A DNA stretch of 64,000 nt, taken from Nitrospirota bacterium (GTDB taxonomy: Bacteria > Nitrospirota > Nitrospiria > Nitrospirales > Nitrospiraceae). Below, in pieces: positions 48,983 through 58,441 of this stretch. The position numbers and the translations under genes were made by a program. The stretch is from NCBI GenBank assembly GCA_016207025.1, contig JACQQM010000014.1:2815-66814 (forward strand). The letters are read 5' to 3'. Under the pieces are notes generated by a model that worked only from the letters and a program-made list of their open reading frames with translations, ran no database searches and had not been told where the DNA came from. Numbering within the stretch: the stretch's first letter is position 1; each line of letters opens with the position of its first letter.

Positions 48983-49035
48983 CCCCTCCCCGAGACCCTC
49001 CCCCTGGAAGGGGGAGGGGAGGGTGGGGGGGGAGG
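48983..49035 (+). other. C-rich/G-rich inverted repeat with G-quadruplex motif (intergenic)
   Basis: CCCTCCCCC (48996-49004), loop TGGAA, GGGGGAGGG (49010-49018) form a perfect 9-bp hairpin. The G tract GGGGG-A-GGGG-A-GGG-T-GGGGGGGG (49010-49032) fits G3+N1-7 x4. It is preceded by three copies of a GAAGCGTGA-like unit (48951-48980). Confidence 0.7.
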
Positions 49036-49062
49036 CTGACGGCTGATCGCTTTCTTGCGACC

Positions 49063-50280
49063 ATGAACATTCTAATGCTGGCTGAAGTATCGGCCGCCAC
49101 GGTTATCGGGGGAGCTGAGCGGGTGCTACGGGAGCAGGCACTCGGCTTGCATCGGCAGGGGCACAAGGTCAGCGTGTTGGCGCGCGCGCCGATCGGAGAC
49201 CTGAGATCCCAGGCATCGGTCGAAGACGTCGTGGAGTATCGCTATCCCGTATCCCGGCGAAACGAGTCGGCGTTCGTGCTGTCGTCGGTCGCCCGCTCGG
49301 TCCACGCATTCGACCACGCGTCGCGCCAGGGCATGCCGGATGTGGTGATCGTCCATCAATCCCTGGCCGGCTTGGGGCCTATCCTGCGGCACCGCCGGCG
49401 CGCCCGCGCATGGGTCTATGTGTGCCTTTCCCTGGCCCATGAGGAATACCTGTCACGGACATCCGCCGGGGCCACCGTGCTGCAACGGATTCGCCACGGG
49501 CTCAACGCGCGGGTGCGCCGGTGGTGTGAACACGCTGTCATGCGTCGTTGCGAACGAGTCGTGGTGTTGAGTGAGTTCATGAAGCGACGTGTCCTGACCG
49601 TCCATGGCATACCAGAACCCAGACTGTTGGTCATTCCGGGGGCTGCCGATCCGGTCAGGTTCCGGCCGGCTGAAGATCCCAAAGAGGTCCGGCGTCGGCT
49701 CGCGCTGCCGTTGAACCGGCTGGTGCTCTTCACGGTGCGCAATTTAGTTCCGCGCATGGGGCTGGAGAATCTGCTGCGCGCGCTGGCGTCGCTCCGCGAA
49801 GATCTTCACGGCGCGCTGGTGCTCATTGGAGGGGAGGGGCCGTTGCAGACCGGGCTGGAACGACTCATCCAGTCGCTCGGCCTGGGTGAGCAGGTCAGGC
49901 TGCTCGGGTTCGTCCCTGAATCGGAACTGCCGCGCTATTACCAGGCGGCCGATCTCGTTCTGATGCCCACGCACCAACTGGAAGGGTTCGGGTTGGTGAC
50001 GGTCGAAGCGCTGGCTTGCGGCACGCCAGTCCTGGGCACGCCGGTCGGCGCGATCCCCGAAGTGCTGGCTCGTGTGGATCCGGAACTGGTCACGGATGGG
50101 ACGGACGCCGCCGCCCTCGCGGCGGCGCTGCGCCGGATCCTGCGCCGGTTCCGTGATCAGCCGGGCGAGCGGGCGCGGCTGTCCGCCAAAGGACGAGCCT
50201 TAGTCGAGAAGGACTATACCTGGACTCGGCACAGCGAACAGCTCGAACAGATTCTGCGTGACGTCTGCGGAGGCCCTTGA
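49063..50280 (+). CDS. Family 4 (GT-B) glycosyltransferase
   Basis: MNILMLAEVSAATVIGGAERV, and C-terminal EGFGLVTVEALACGTPVLGTPVGAIPEV. Start at ATG 49063, because the track's 5' extension is the G-rich non-coding element. Confidence 0.8.
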   Translation: MNILMLAEVSAATVIGGAERVLREQALGLHRQGHKVSVLARAPIGDLRSQASVEDVVEYRYPVSRRNESAFVLSSVARSVHAFDHASRQGMPDVVIVHQSLAGLGPILRHRRRARAWVYVCLSLAHEEYLSRTSAGATVLQRIRHGLNARVRRWCEHAVMRRCERVVVLSEFMKRRVLTVHGIPEPRLLVIPGAADPVRFRPAEDPKEVRRRLALPLNRLVLFTVRNLVPRMGLENLLRALASLREDLHGALVLIGGEGPLQTGLERLIQSLGLGEQVRLLGFVPESELPRYYQAADLVLMPTHQLEGFGLVTVEALACGTPVLGTPVGAIPEVLARVDPELVTDGTDAAALAAALRRILRRFRDQPGERARLSAKGRALVEKDYTWTRHSEQLEQILRDVCGGP

Positions 50281-51494
50281 TCATCTGTGCGGTGGTTGAC
50301 GTGGCGCCTCATAAAGTCATCCATGTGATCACGCGGCTTGATTGGGGAGGCTCGGCGCAGAATACCCTGCTTACAGCCGCCGGACACGATCGGTCTCGCT
50401 TCGACCCGATGGTGGTAGCCGGTCTGCCGGGTCCCTGGGACGCCCAGGGCGGAAACCGGGCGACCGACGAGAATCGCCGGCGGCTGGAGGCCATAGGAGT
50501 GCGGGCGGAAGTGATTCCAACCCTGACGCGTGAAGTCAATCCGCTCAAGGATCTCCGGACGCTGCGGCGACTCACGAGGTTGTTCCGCCATGAGCGGCCG
50601 GCGATCGTACATACCCATACCTCCAAAGCCGGTGTCTTGGGCCGACTGGCGGCATGGTTCGCGAAAGTGCCGGTTGTGGTGCACACCCCGCACGGCCATG
50701 TCTTTTACGGGCATTTTAACCGGATCCTGTCATGGATGTTTTTGCAGGTCGAACGCCTCCTGGCTACCGGCACCACCCGCATGATTGCCCTCACGGCGGC
50801 GGAGCGGGACGAACATCTGGATCGCAGAGTGGGAACACCGGAGCGTTTTGCGGTGGTGCCCAGCGGGATCGATGTGGACCGGCTCAAGTGCGTGGCCGGA
50901 GTGTATGGCCGGCATCCGGAGGGTTTCCGCTGTCCGCCCGATGCGGTCGTGGTCGGGTCGGTGGGGTGGCTTACCCCTGTCAAGGGACACCGATTCTTGA
51001 TCGAGGCCGTCGCCAGATTGAAACCATCGCACCCCAAGCTGTACACCGTAATTGTGGGAAGCGGGGACATGCGAACCGACTTGGCGGCCCTGGCTGAACA
51101 GCGGGGTGTGGGAGATTCGGTGCGGTTCTTGGGGGAACGGAACGATGTGCCGGAGTGCCTGGCGGCGATGGATCTGTTCGTGCTCCCCTCGCTCAACGAA
51201 GGCATGGGTCGGGCGCTGGTCGAAGCAATGGCGGCGGGACGTCCCGTCATTGCAACACGGGTGGGCGGCATCCCGGCGATCGTCGAAGACCGGCGCACCG
51301 GCTTGCTGGTGCCGCCCGGCGATCCCGCAGCGCTGGCGACGGCGATCGCCGAGCTGCTGCGCCGTCCTGACTGGGCAAAGGAGCTCGGGGCCGCTGCCAG
51401 CGTACACATCGATGCGCGATTTGGATGGGTGGCGATGGTCCGGGCGTTAGAAGCCGTCTACGAAGACGCCCTGCGCGAAGCACGTCTCACATGA
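50277..51494 (+). CDS. Family 4 (GT-B) glycosyltransferase
   Basis: VIHVITRLDWGGSAQN, and C-terminal EGMGRALVEAMAAGRPVIATRVGGIPAIV. The start is uncertain (TTG 50277 or GTG 50301). Confidence 0.8.
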   Translation: MIICAVVDVAPHKVIHVITRLDWGGSAQNTLLTAAGHDRSRFDPMVVAGLPGPWDAQGGNRATDENRRRLEAIGVRAEVIPTLTREVNPLKDLRTLRRLTRLFRHERPAIVHTHTSKAGVLGRLAAWFAKVPVVVHTPHGHVFYGHFNRILSWMFLQVERLLATGTTRMIALTAAERDEHLDRRVGTPERFAVVPSGIDVDRLKCVAGVYGRHPEGFRCPPDAVVVGSVGWLTPVKGHRFLIEAVARLKPSHPKLYTVIVGSGDMRTDLAALAEQRGVGDSVRFLGERNDVPECLAAMDLFVLPSLNEGMGRALVEAMAAGRPVIATRVGGIPAIVEDRRTGLLVPPGDPAALATAIAELLRRPDWAKELGAAASVHIDARFGWVAMVRALEAVYEDALREARLT

Positions 51495-53026
51495 ACCGAT
51501 CATTCCACCTCGGACTGTTCCTGGCATCCATGACACTCACCCTCGTCCCGGCATGGATCGGTCCGGCCCATAGCGCGGACGACCAGGGGGCTCCCCGCCG
51601 GCCTGTGGTCGCTGCGTTTCACGTTCACAGCACCATCAGCACCGGCAGTCTCAGCCTCGACCAGTTGGCCGAACGAGCCGAGCGGTTGGGGCTTGATGCG
51701 GTCATCCTGTCGGAAAATTTCGTCCTGCGCTACGAGTATGGACAGCTTCCGCTACGCGGAGTCCTCCGGAAAACCGTCACGCTCCCGTCAGTGCTCGATT
51801 ACGGAGTGGATCGGTTCCTGGCCGATGTCGCCGACGCACAAGCCCGCCATCCTCGGGTCCTGCTGATACCCGGGATGGAAGCGACGCCGCACTACTACTG
51901 GACCGGCTCTCTGCTCAACGGCGACTTAACCATGCACAATTCCCAAAAGAATGTGCTCGTCCTGGGGCTGTCTCGCGCCAACGATTTCGCGGCCCTGCCG
52001 GTCAACGGCAATCATGTCTCCTATCAATACGGGTGGGAAACGGCGCTGAACCTGACCCCAGGGCTCCTGTTTGCACCCGCCGCATGGCTCTGGCGGCGGC
52101 GGACCCATCGCACGATACAGGTTGGGGTGGCGCAGTATTCGAGTACGAGACGGTACCGGACTCCGGCGGTGGTGCTGGGCAGCGTCGGGAGCCTCCTGCT
52201 GCTGAACGCGTGGCCATTTGGCCAGCCGGTCTTTAGCATCTACAATGACCACCTCGGCTATCGGCCCTATCAACACTTCATCGATGCGGTGGCGCAGCGT
52301 GGCGGAATCGTCGTCTGGTCGATGCCCGAGGCGCGCGACTTCACTGTCCACTCATTCGGACCGATCGGATCGGTGACGATCAAGACCGACCCGTACCCCG
52401 AGGCTTTGCTGCTCACCGCCGGCTACACCGGGTTCGGCGGCGTCTACCAGGACACCCGCACCGTGACCCGGCCGGGCGGGGTGTGGGATGAGGTGATGCG
52501 GCGCCACCTCACCGGACAAAGGACCAGACCTCCTTTTGTATTCGGCGAAATCGCGTTCCACACGCCCGGCCAGGCCGGCATCGAATTGAACCAAGTGCTG
52601 ACCGTCTTCTGGGTCCGGGAACGGACCGCTGCCGGGATTGTTGAGGCCATGCGAAGCGGTCGTCTGTACGCCCTCGGCCAGTACCACAAGGAGTTCGGTC
52701 TGCGGCTGGATGCCTTCCAGGTAGAGTGCGAGGGCGGCGCGCGGTGGGCGGAGTCCGGTGAGACGCTGGATCCAAAACACGCCCGAGACCTGGCGGTGCG
52801 GGTCTCTGTCTCGGCCACTGACAAGGGCGCTCATCCAATCTCCGTGACGATCATCAGGACCGGCCAGGTGATCGCGCGTCTCACCGGTGAGACCCCGTTT
52901 GAGCATCGATTCTCGGATCAGCATGTGCCCGTGGGAGAGTGGAGCGCCTATCGGCTGGAAATTACCACCGGAGGCGGGGAGATCGTGAGCAACCCGATTT
53001 TTGTCAAACCAGTCCAGACGGGATAA
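51491..53026 (+). CDS. Secreted/membrane PHP-like metallophosphoesterase-fold protein, function unknown
   Basis: Signal peptide MNRSFHLGLFLASMTLTLVPAWIGPAHS-AD. PHP-type N-terminal motif AAFHVHSTISTGSLSLDQLAERAERLGLDAVIL. Two central TM helices. A C-terminal half ending RSGRLYAL. Start at ATG 51491 (ATGA overlap). Confidence 0.5.
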   Translation: MNRSFHLGLFLASMTLTLVPAWIGPAHSADDQGAPRRPVVAAFHVHSTISTGSLSLDQLAERAERLGLDAVILSENFVLRYEYGQLPLRGVLRKTVTLPSVLDYGVDRFLADVADAQARHPRVLLIPGMEATPHYYWTGSLLNGDLTMHNSQKNVLVLGLSRANDFAALPVNGNHVSYQYGWETALNLTPGLLFAPAAWLWRRRTHRTIQVGVAQYSSTRRYRTPAVVLGSVGSLLLLNAWPFGQPVFSIYNDHLGYRPYQHFIDAVAQRGGIVVWSMPEARDFTVHSFGPIGSVTIKTDPYPEALLLTAGYTGFGGVYQDTRTVTRPGGVWDEVMRRHLTGQRTRPPFVFGEIAFHTPGQAGIELNQVLTVFWVRERTAAGIVEAMRSGRLYALGQYHKEFGLRLDAFQVECEGGARWAESGETLDPKHARDLAVRVSVSATDKGAHPISVTIIRTGQVIARLTGETPFEHRFSDQHVPVGEWSAYRLEITTGGGEIVSNPIFVKPVQTG

Positions 53027-53028
53027 GA

Positions 53029-53090
53029 AGGTTTTTCTGGTTTGTTTCGTTTGTTTGGTTCAACCAGATAAACCAGACAAACTGAAAAAC
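53029..53090. repeat. AT-rich imperfect palindrome built of ~9-nt direct repeats
   Basis: The outer arms GGTTTTTC / GAAAAACC are perfect and the centre is TTGGTT-C-AACCAG. The right arm is AACCAGATA-AACCAGACA-AACTGAAAA. The left arm is GGTTTGTTT-CGTTTGTTT-GGTT. Confidence 0.6.
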
Positions 53091-53101
53091 CAACTAACGC
53101 A

Positions 53102-53815
53102 ATGATGCGTGTGGCCATTCACCAGCCCCAGTTTCTGCCGTGGCTCGGGTACCTCGACAAGATTGATCAGGCCGATCTGTTCGTCGTGCTCGACACAGTC
53201 CAGTACAAAAAGAACGAATGGCAGAATCGGAATCGTATTCGAACAGCCCAAGGCTGGCAGTGGGTGACCGTCCCGGTGCTTCACAAATTCGGGCAGCGGC
53301 TCAACGAGGTCCGGGTTAACCAGCACACGGACTGGCGGGCGAAACATCTCCGGGCCTTTGACATGCACTACGGACGGGCCGCCTGTCGCGATCAATTTTT
53401 CAAAGGACTGTGGAACCTTTACCAGCAGCCGTGGGAGCAGCTCGCGGCGCTCAATCTGGCCGTGCTCCGCTGGCTGCTGGACGCTTTTGGCATTACCACG
53501 CCTCTACGCTTGGCCTCGGAGATGCCGCTCAGGAACGACCCGACCGACCGCCTCATTGATATCTGCCGAACAGTCGACGCCACCCAGTACTTAGCCGGAG
53601 CAGGCGCGCAGAGATACATGGACAGAAACCGATTCGAAGCCTCCGGGGTCCGGCTTGAGATGCAAGACTTCCGGCACCCCATTTATACCCAGTGCTACGA
53701 ACCCTTCGTGCCCGGCATGGCAGCCATTGACATGCTGTTCACGTGCGGGGATGATGCGCTCCGGCGCCTGCGAAGCGCGCGCCGGCGAGAGAACGAGACG
53801 GCCGGTTTTTCTTGA
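53102..53815 (+). CDS. WbqC-family protein
   Basis: MRVAIHQPQFLPWLGYLDKIDQADLFVVLDTVQYKKNEWQNRNRI is the characteristic WbqC N-terminus. Confidence 0.75.
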   Translation: MMRVAIHQPQFLPWLGYLDKIDQADLFVVLDTVQYKKNEWQNRNRIRTAQGWQWVTVPVLHKFGQRLNEVRVNQHTDWRAKHLRAFDMHYGRAACRDQFFKGLWNLYQQPWEQLAALNLAVLRWLLDAFGITTPLRLASEMPLRNDPTDRLIDICRTVDATQYLAGAGAQRYMDRNRFEASGVRLEMQDFRHPIYTQCYEPFVPGMAAIDMLFTCGDDALRRLRSARRRENETAGFS

Positions 53816-53846
53816 CCAGGCTCACCATCGTGATCGGGAGATGACC

Positions 53847-54491
53847 ATGCACGCAGAAGACTCTCAGCGGATCCGTCTTCTGGCGCTCGGCGCCCACCCT
53901 GATGACATCGAAGCCGGATGCGGCGGAACGCTCATCAAGTACGCCCGGAACGGCCATCAGATCTTTCTGATGGTGATGACAGAAGGGGAGCGCGGGGCGA
54001 AGGCCGGCATTCGCAAGCGCGAACAACAGAAAGCCGCGAAAAGTCTTTGCGCTGAAAAGATCTACTGGGGCGGCTACCCCGACGCGGAGCTGCCGATGGA
54101 CCAGGGTCTGATCCAGCAAATCGAACAGGTGGTGCGGGAGGTAGCCCCGCATTTTATTTTTGTCCATTTTCACGACGATACGCACCAGGATCACCGGAAC
54201 TTGGCGCTCAGCACCGTCACGGCGACTCGCTACACCAAGAATGTGCTGTTCTACGAGGGGCCCACCACGCAAAATTTCTCTCCCACGGTGTTCGTGGATA
54301 TTGATTCGGTGCTGGAAGATAAGATCGACGCGTTGCGGGCGCACGCGTCGCAGGTGAAGAAGACCAACATCGAAGGGCTCTCGATCGTGGACATTATCCG
54401 TTCCTCGGCGCACTTCCGCGGAATTCAAGGGCGCGTCAAGAACGCGGAAGGATTCGTGCCGCTTCGATTGTTTATCAATATCAAGCCGTGA
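53847..54491 (+). CDS. PIG-L/LmbE-family N-acetyl-sugar deacetylase
   Basis: LLALGAHPDDIEAGCGGT and HQDHRN motifs. GGGAG SD lies 6 nt before ATG 53847 (alternative ATG 53841). Confidence 0.8.
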   Translation: MHAEDSQRIRLLALGAHPDDIEAGCGGTLIKYARNGHQIFLMVMTEGERGAKAGIRKREQQKAAKSLCAEKIYWGGYPDAELPMDQGLIQQIEQVVREVAPHFIFVHFHDDTHQDHRNLALSTVTATRYTKNVLFYEGPTTQNFSPTVFVDIDSVLEDKIDALRAHASQVKKTNIEGLSIVDIIRSSAHFRGIQGRVKNAEGFVPLRLFINIKP

Positions 54492-55564
54492 CGTCATCGC
54501 CCATCATCCCGCACTCGAAGCCGACGCTCGGCAGCGAAGAAGCCCGCGCCCTGGCGGCGGTCGTCGAAAGCGGGCACCTGTCGCAGGGACCCCGCGTCGA
54601 GGAGTTTGAACGGGGAGTCGCGGCGTTCGTGGGCACGCGCGGAGGAGTCGCCGTCAGCTCCGGGACCGCGGCAGTAGAGCTGGCGCTGGTAGCCTTGGGA
54701 ATCGGCGCCGGCGACGAAGTGGTCCTGCCGAGCTATGTCTGCGCGGCGCTCTGGCTGGCCACTGTCCGGGTCGGTGCACGGCCGCGGATCGTGGATATTG
54801 ATCTCGACACATTCGCCATCGATCCAGTGGAAACCGAGAAGGCGCTCTCGCCTCGCACGCGGGCGATCATCGTGCCGCACCTGTTCGGATTGCCGGCCGA
54901 CCTGTCCACACTGCAGCGGCTCGGGGTCCCCCTGATCGAGGATTGCGCGCAAACACTGGGGGCCATCGAAAGGGGACGACAGGCTGGCAGCGTCGGGACA
55001 GCGACGATCTGCTCGTTCTATGCCACCAAGCTCCTGTGCACGGGGGAAGGAGGGATGCTGCTGTCGAACGATCCGGCAATCCTCGACAAGGGCCGTGCGT
55101 TACGCGAATATGATCAGGTGCCGGCGCTGGAGGCGGCCACTTACAATCGCAAGATGACCGATGTGCAAGCGGCATTAGGGATCAGTCAATTGGGACGGCT
55201 CCGTTCTTTCCTGGAACGGCGGGCCGCCATCGCAGCGTACTACCATGACGCGCTCCGGCACACCGGTCTCCTGCTTCCCGCAACCCCTGAAGGCCGGACG
55301 CATATTTATTACCGGTACGTCGTGAGACTCCCTCGGTCACGCGAGGAAGGCACATCCCTTGACACGCTGATCACGCGTTTAGAAGGGCGCGGCGTGCAGT
55401 GCCGCCATCCAGTCTTTCGTCCGCTGCACCGCTACCTGAGTCTGGACGGATACCCGGCCAGCGAGGAAGCGGCTCAGACGGCCCTGTCCATCCCGATCTA
55501 CCCTTCGATGGCGGACGAGGAGGTCAGCCGCACCGCCCAAACCCTCTGCGAGGAACTGGCATGA
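54488..55564 (+). CDS. DegT/DnrJ/EryC1/StrS-family PLP-dependent sugar aminotransferase
   Basis: HSKPTLGSEEARAL...GHLSQGPRVEEFE, and the PLP-Lys context SFYATKLLCTGEGGML. GTGA overlap. Confidence 0.85.
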   Translation: MTSSPIIPHSKPTLGSEEARALAAVVESGHLSQGPRVEEFERGVAAFVGTRGGVAVSSGTAAVELALVALGIGAGDEVVLPSYVCAALWLATVRVGARPRIVDIDLDTFAIDPVETEKALSPRTRAIIVPHLFGLPADLSTLQRLGVPLIEDCAQTLGAIERGRQAGSVGTATICSFYATKLLCTGEGGMLLSNDPAILDKGRALREYDQVPALEAATYNRKMTDVQAALGISQLGRLRSFLERRAAIAAYYHDALRHTGLLLPATPEGRTHIYYRYVVRLPRSREEGTSLDTLITRLEGRGVQCRHPVFRPLHRYLSLDGYPASEEAAQTALSIPIYPSMADEEVSRTAQTLCEELA

Positions 55565-56727
55565 AACCGCTCAGTCATGACGACGCCCGGTGGCTGACCC
55601 CGGCAGCCGGCGGCGGATTGGCCGGGCTGCTCGTCTTAGCGATGCCCTGGGTCCACGAGTGGTTCGTGACCGAAGGCGTGCGGTGGCTGTACATCCTGCT
55701 CTTTTCCTTCACCTCGGCGTTCGCGTTGACCCCGATTCTGATCCGGCAAGGGGTGCGATGGGGGCTGGTCGATCAACCGAACGAACGGAAGATCCACCGC
55801 TCGCCGATTCCGCGAATCGGCGGGCTCGCAGTGTATCTTGGCTTCGTGGGCTCGGTCTTGATCAACTCGATCCTGGCCGATTGGATGGTGGCGATCCTGT
55901 TCGCAGGGTCGCTGCTCTTGGCCGTGGGAATGGTGGACGACGCGCGCGACCTGCCGGCATGGTTCAAGTTGACGGCGCAGGTCATCGCCGCCGGTCTGGT
56001 GATTTACACCGGGAAAATGCTCACCCTGTTCCCGCCGGGCCCGGTCGGCACCACCGTCAACGTGTTGCTGACCCTACTCTGGATCGTCGGGATCACCAAC
56101 GCGTTTAATTTCATCGACGGGATGGACGGCTTGGCGTCAGGGATCGCGATCCTCATGGCCTTCTTTATGGGCATCGTGGCGTTCGAGACGAATCAACCCG
56201 GGCTGGGCTGGCTGGCCGTGGCGATCATCGGCGCCGGAATGGGATTCTTCCCATACAATTTCAGGATGACAGGCCAGGCCCGCATCTTTCTGGGCGACGG
56301 CGGCTCGACGTTTCTCGGGTTCACCCTGGCCTGCCTGGCCGTCAAAGGCAACTGGGCCGACAACAATCCGATTGTGTCGTTCAGCAACCCGCTCCTTATT
56401 TTCGGCGTGCTCATCTACGACATGATTCATATCACGATGGAACGGGTGCTGACCGGCAAGGTGAGCACGATCAAAGGATGGATCGATTACGTCGGGAAGG
56501 ATCATTTGCACCACCGGCTGGAGCGCGCGCTGGGCAGCCAACGGGCCAGCGTGGCGATGATTTTCGCGCTGACCATCTGCCTCGGGCTCGCGGCCATCGT
56601 GCTGCGTAAGGCGGACACCGCGGAGGCGATCATGCTGCTGGCCCAGGCCACCCTGATTGTGGTAATGATCACGATACTGGAGCACCGTGGCCGGTACGAA
56701 AAAAAACCAACAGCCAGCAGCGAGTAG
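55561..56727 (+). CDS. MraY/WecA-family polyprenyl-phosphate N-acetylhexosamine-1-phosphate transferase (initiating enzyme)
   Basis: Polytopic. PIPRIGGLAVY, VDDARDL and ITNAFNFIDGMDGLASG motifs. Start at ATG 55561 (ATGA overlap). Confidence 0.85.
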   Translation: MKPLSHDDARWLTPAAGGGLAGLLVLAMPWVHEWFVTEGVRWLYILLFSFTSAFALTPILIRQGVRWGLVDQPNERKIHRSPIPRIGGLAVYLGFVGSVLINSILADWMVAILFAGSLLLAVGMVDDARDLPAWFKLTAQVIAAGLVIYTGKMLTLFPPGPVGTTVNVLLTLLWIVGITNAFNFIDGMDGLASGIAILMAFFMGIVAFETNQPGLGWLAVAIIGAGMGFFPYNFRMTGQARIFLGDGGSTFLGFTLACLAVKGNWADNNPIVSFSNPLLIFGVLIYDMIHITMERVLTGKVSTIKGWIDYVGKDHLHHRLERALGSQRASVAMIFALTICLGLAAIVLRKADTAEAIMLLAQATLIVVMITILEHRGRYEKKPTASSE

Positions 56728-56788
56728 CTTATAGTCAGAAGCTGCTAGCTATTCGCAATGAGCTATTTGCGCATGGGGCATTGACGAG

Positions 56789-57820
<1,032 letters not shown>

Positions 57821-57962
57821 GCGATCCTCTCCGCACTATCCCTTCGCCCTTCGCCCCTCGACAACGGCGCCGTCTCCTTGAAACGGCGCAGACCTTCCAC
57901 TAGAATAACGGCGCCGATGCGCCGATCGGCTCTTAACCTTTCGCGGAGAAAGTCACGACGTC

Positions 57963-58385
57963 ATGACGGAGCGGACGCTTGCGATCATTAAGCCGGATGC
58001 AGTGAAGAAGAACGCGATCGGGGATATTATCCGACGATATGAGGCCGCTAGCTTGAGGCCAATCGCAATCCGGATGACGCGGATCTCGAAAGCCCAGGCG
58101 GAAGGGTTCTACGCCGTTCATCGGCAACGCCCGTTCTTCGAAAGCCTGACCACCTTCATGGCCTCCGGGCTGGTTGTGGTCCTGGTGCTCGAAGGTGACG
58201 ACGCCATCAAGCGCCACCGAGATCTGATGGGCGCGACCGATCCGGCCAAGGCTGATCCCGGCACCATCCGCGCGGTCTACGGAACGAATATCGAATACAA
58301 CGCCGTTCACGGCTCTGACTCTCCGGACACCGCCAAGTTCGAGATCGGCTTTTTCTTCTCCGAGATGGAGCTGGGTGTGCGGTGA
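57963..58385 (+). CDS. ndk: Nucleoside-diphosphate kinase
   Basis: [12 protein letters not shown], and the catalytic His context NAVHGSDS. Confidence 0.95.
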   Translation: MTERTLAIIKPDAVKKNAIGDIIRRYEAASLRPIAIRMTRISKAQAEGFYAVHRQRPFFESLTTFMASGLVVVLVLEGDDAIKRHRDLMGATDPAKADPGTIRAVYGTNIEYNAVHGSDSPDTAKFEIGFFFSEMELGVR

Positions 58386-58441
58386 CTGACCGGAGCCGCG
58401 GCCATGAACACCCGGCTGTCCATCCTCAGGTCGCGCACAGC

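Noticed and set aside
48949-49062. N-terminal extension of the GT4 ORF (MKREASGAKREAPPRDPPPGRGRGGWGG...)
   Set aside because: It is a translation of the GAAGCGTGA repeats and the C/G-rich hairpin. The GT4 homology begins at MNILMLAE (ATG 49063), and the extension would overlap the asnB stop.
25843-56727. Search for an exosortase (XrtA/EpsH) and PEP-CTERM substrate genes, expected from the locus composition
   Set aside because: No polytopic protein with exosortase-like features was found, and no small ORF ending in a PEP + TM + Arg-rich tail. The Wzy_C-type and GT87-like membrane proteins account for all large polytopic ORFs.
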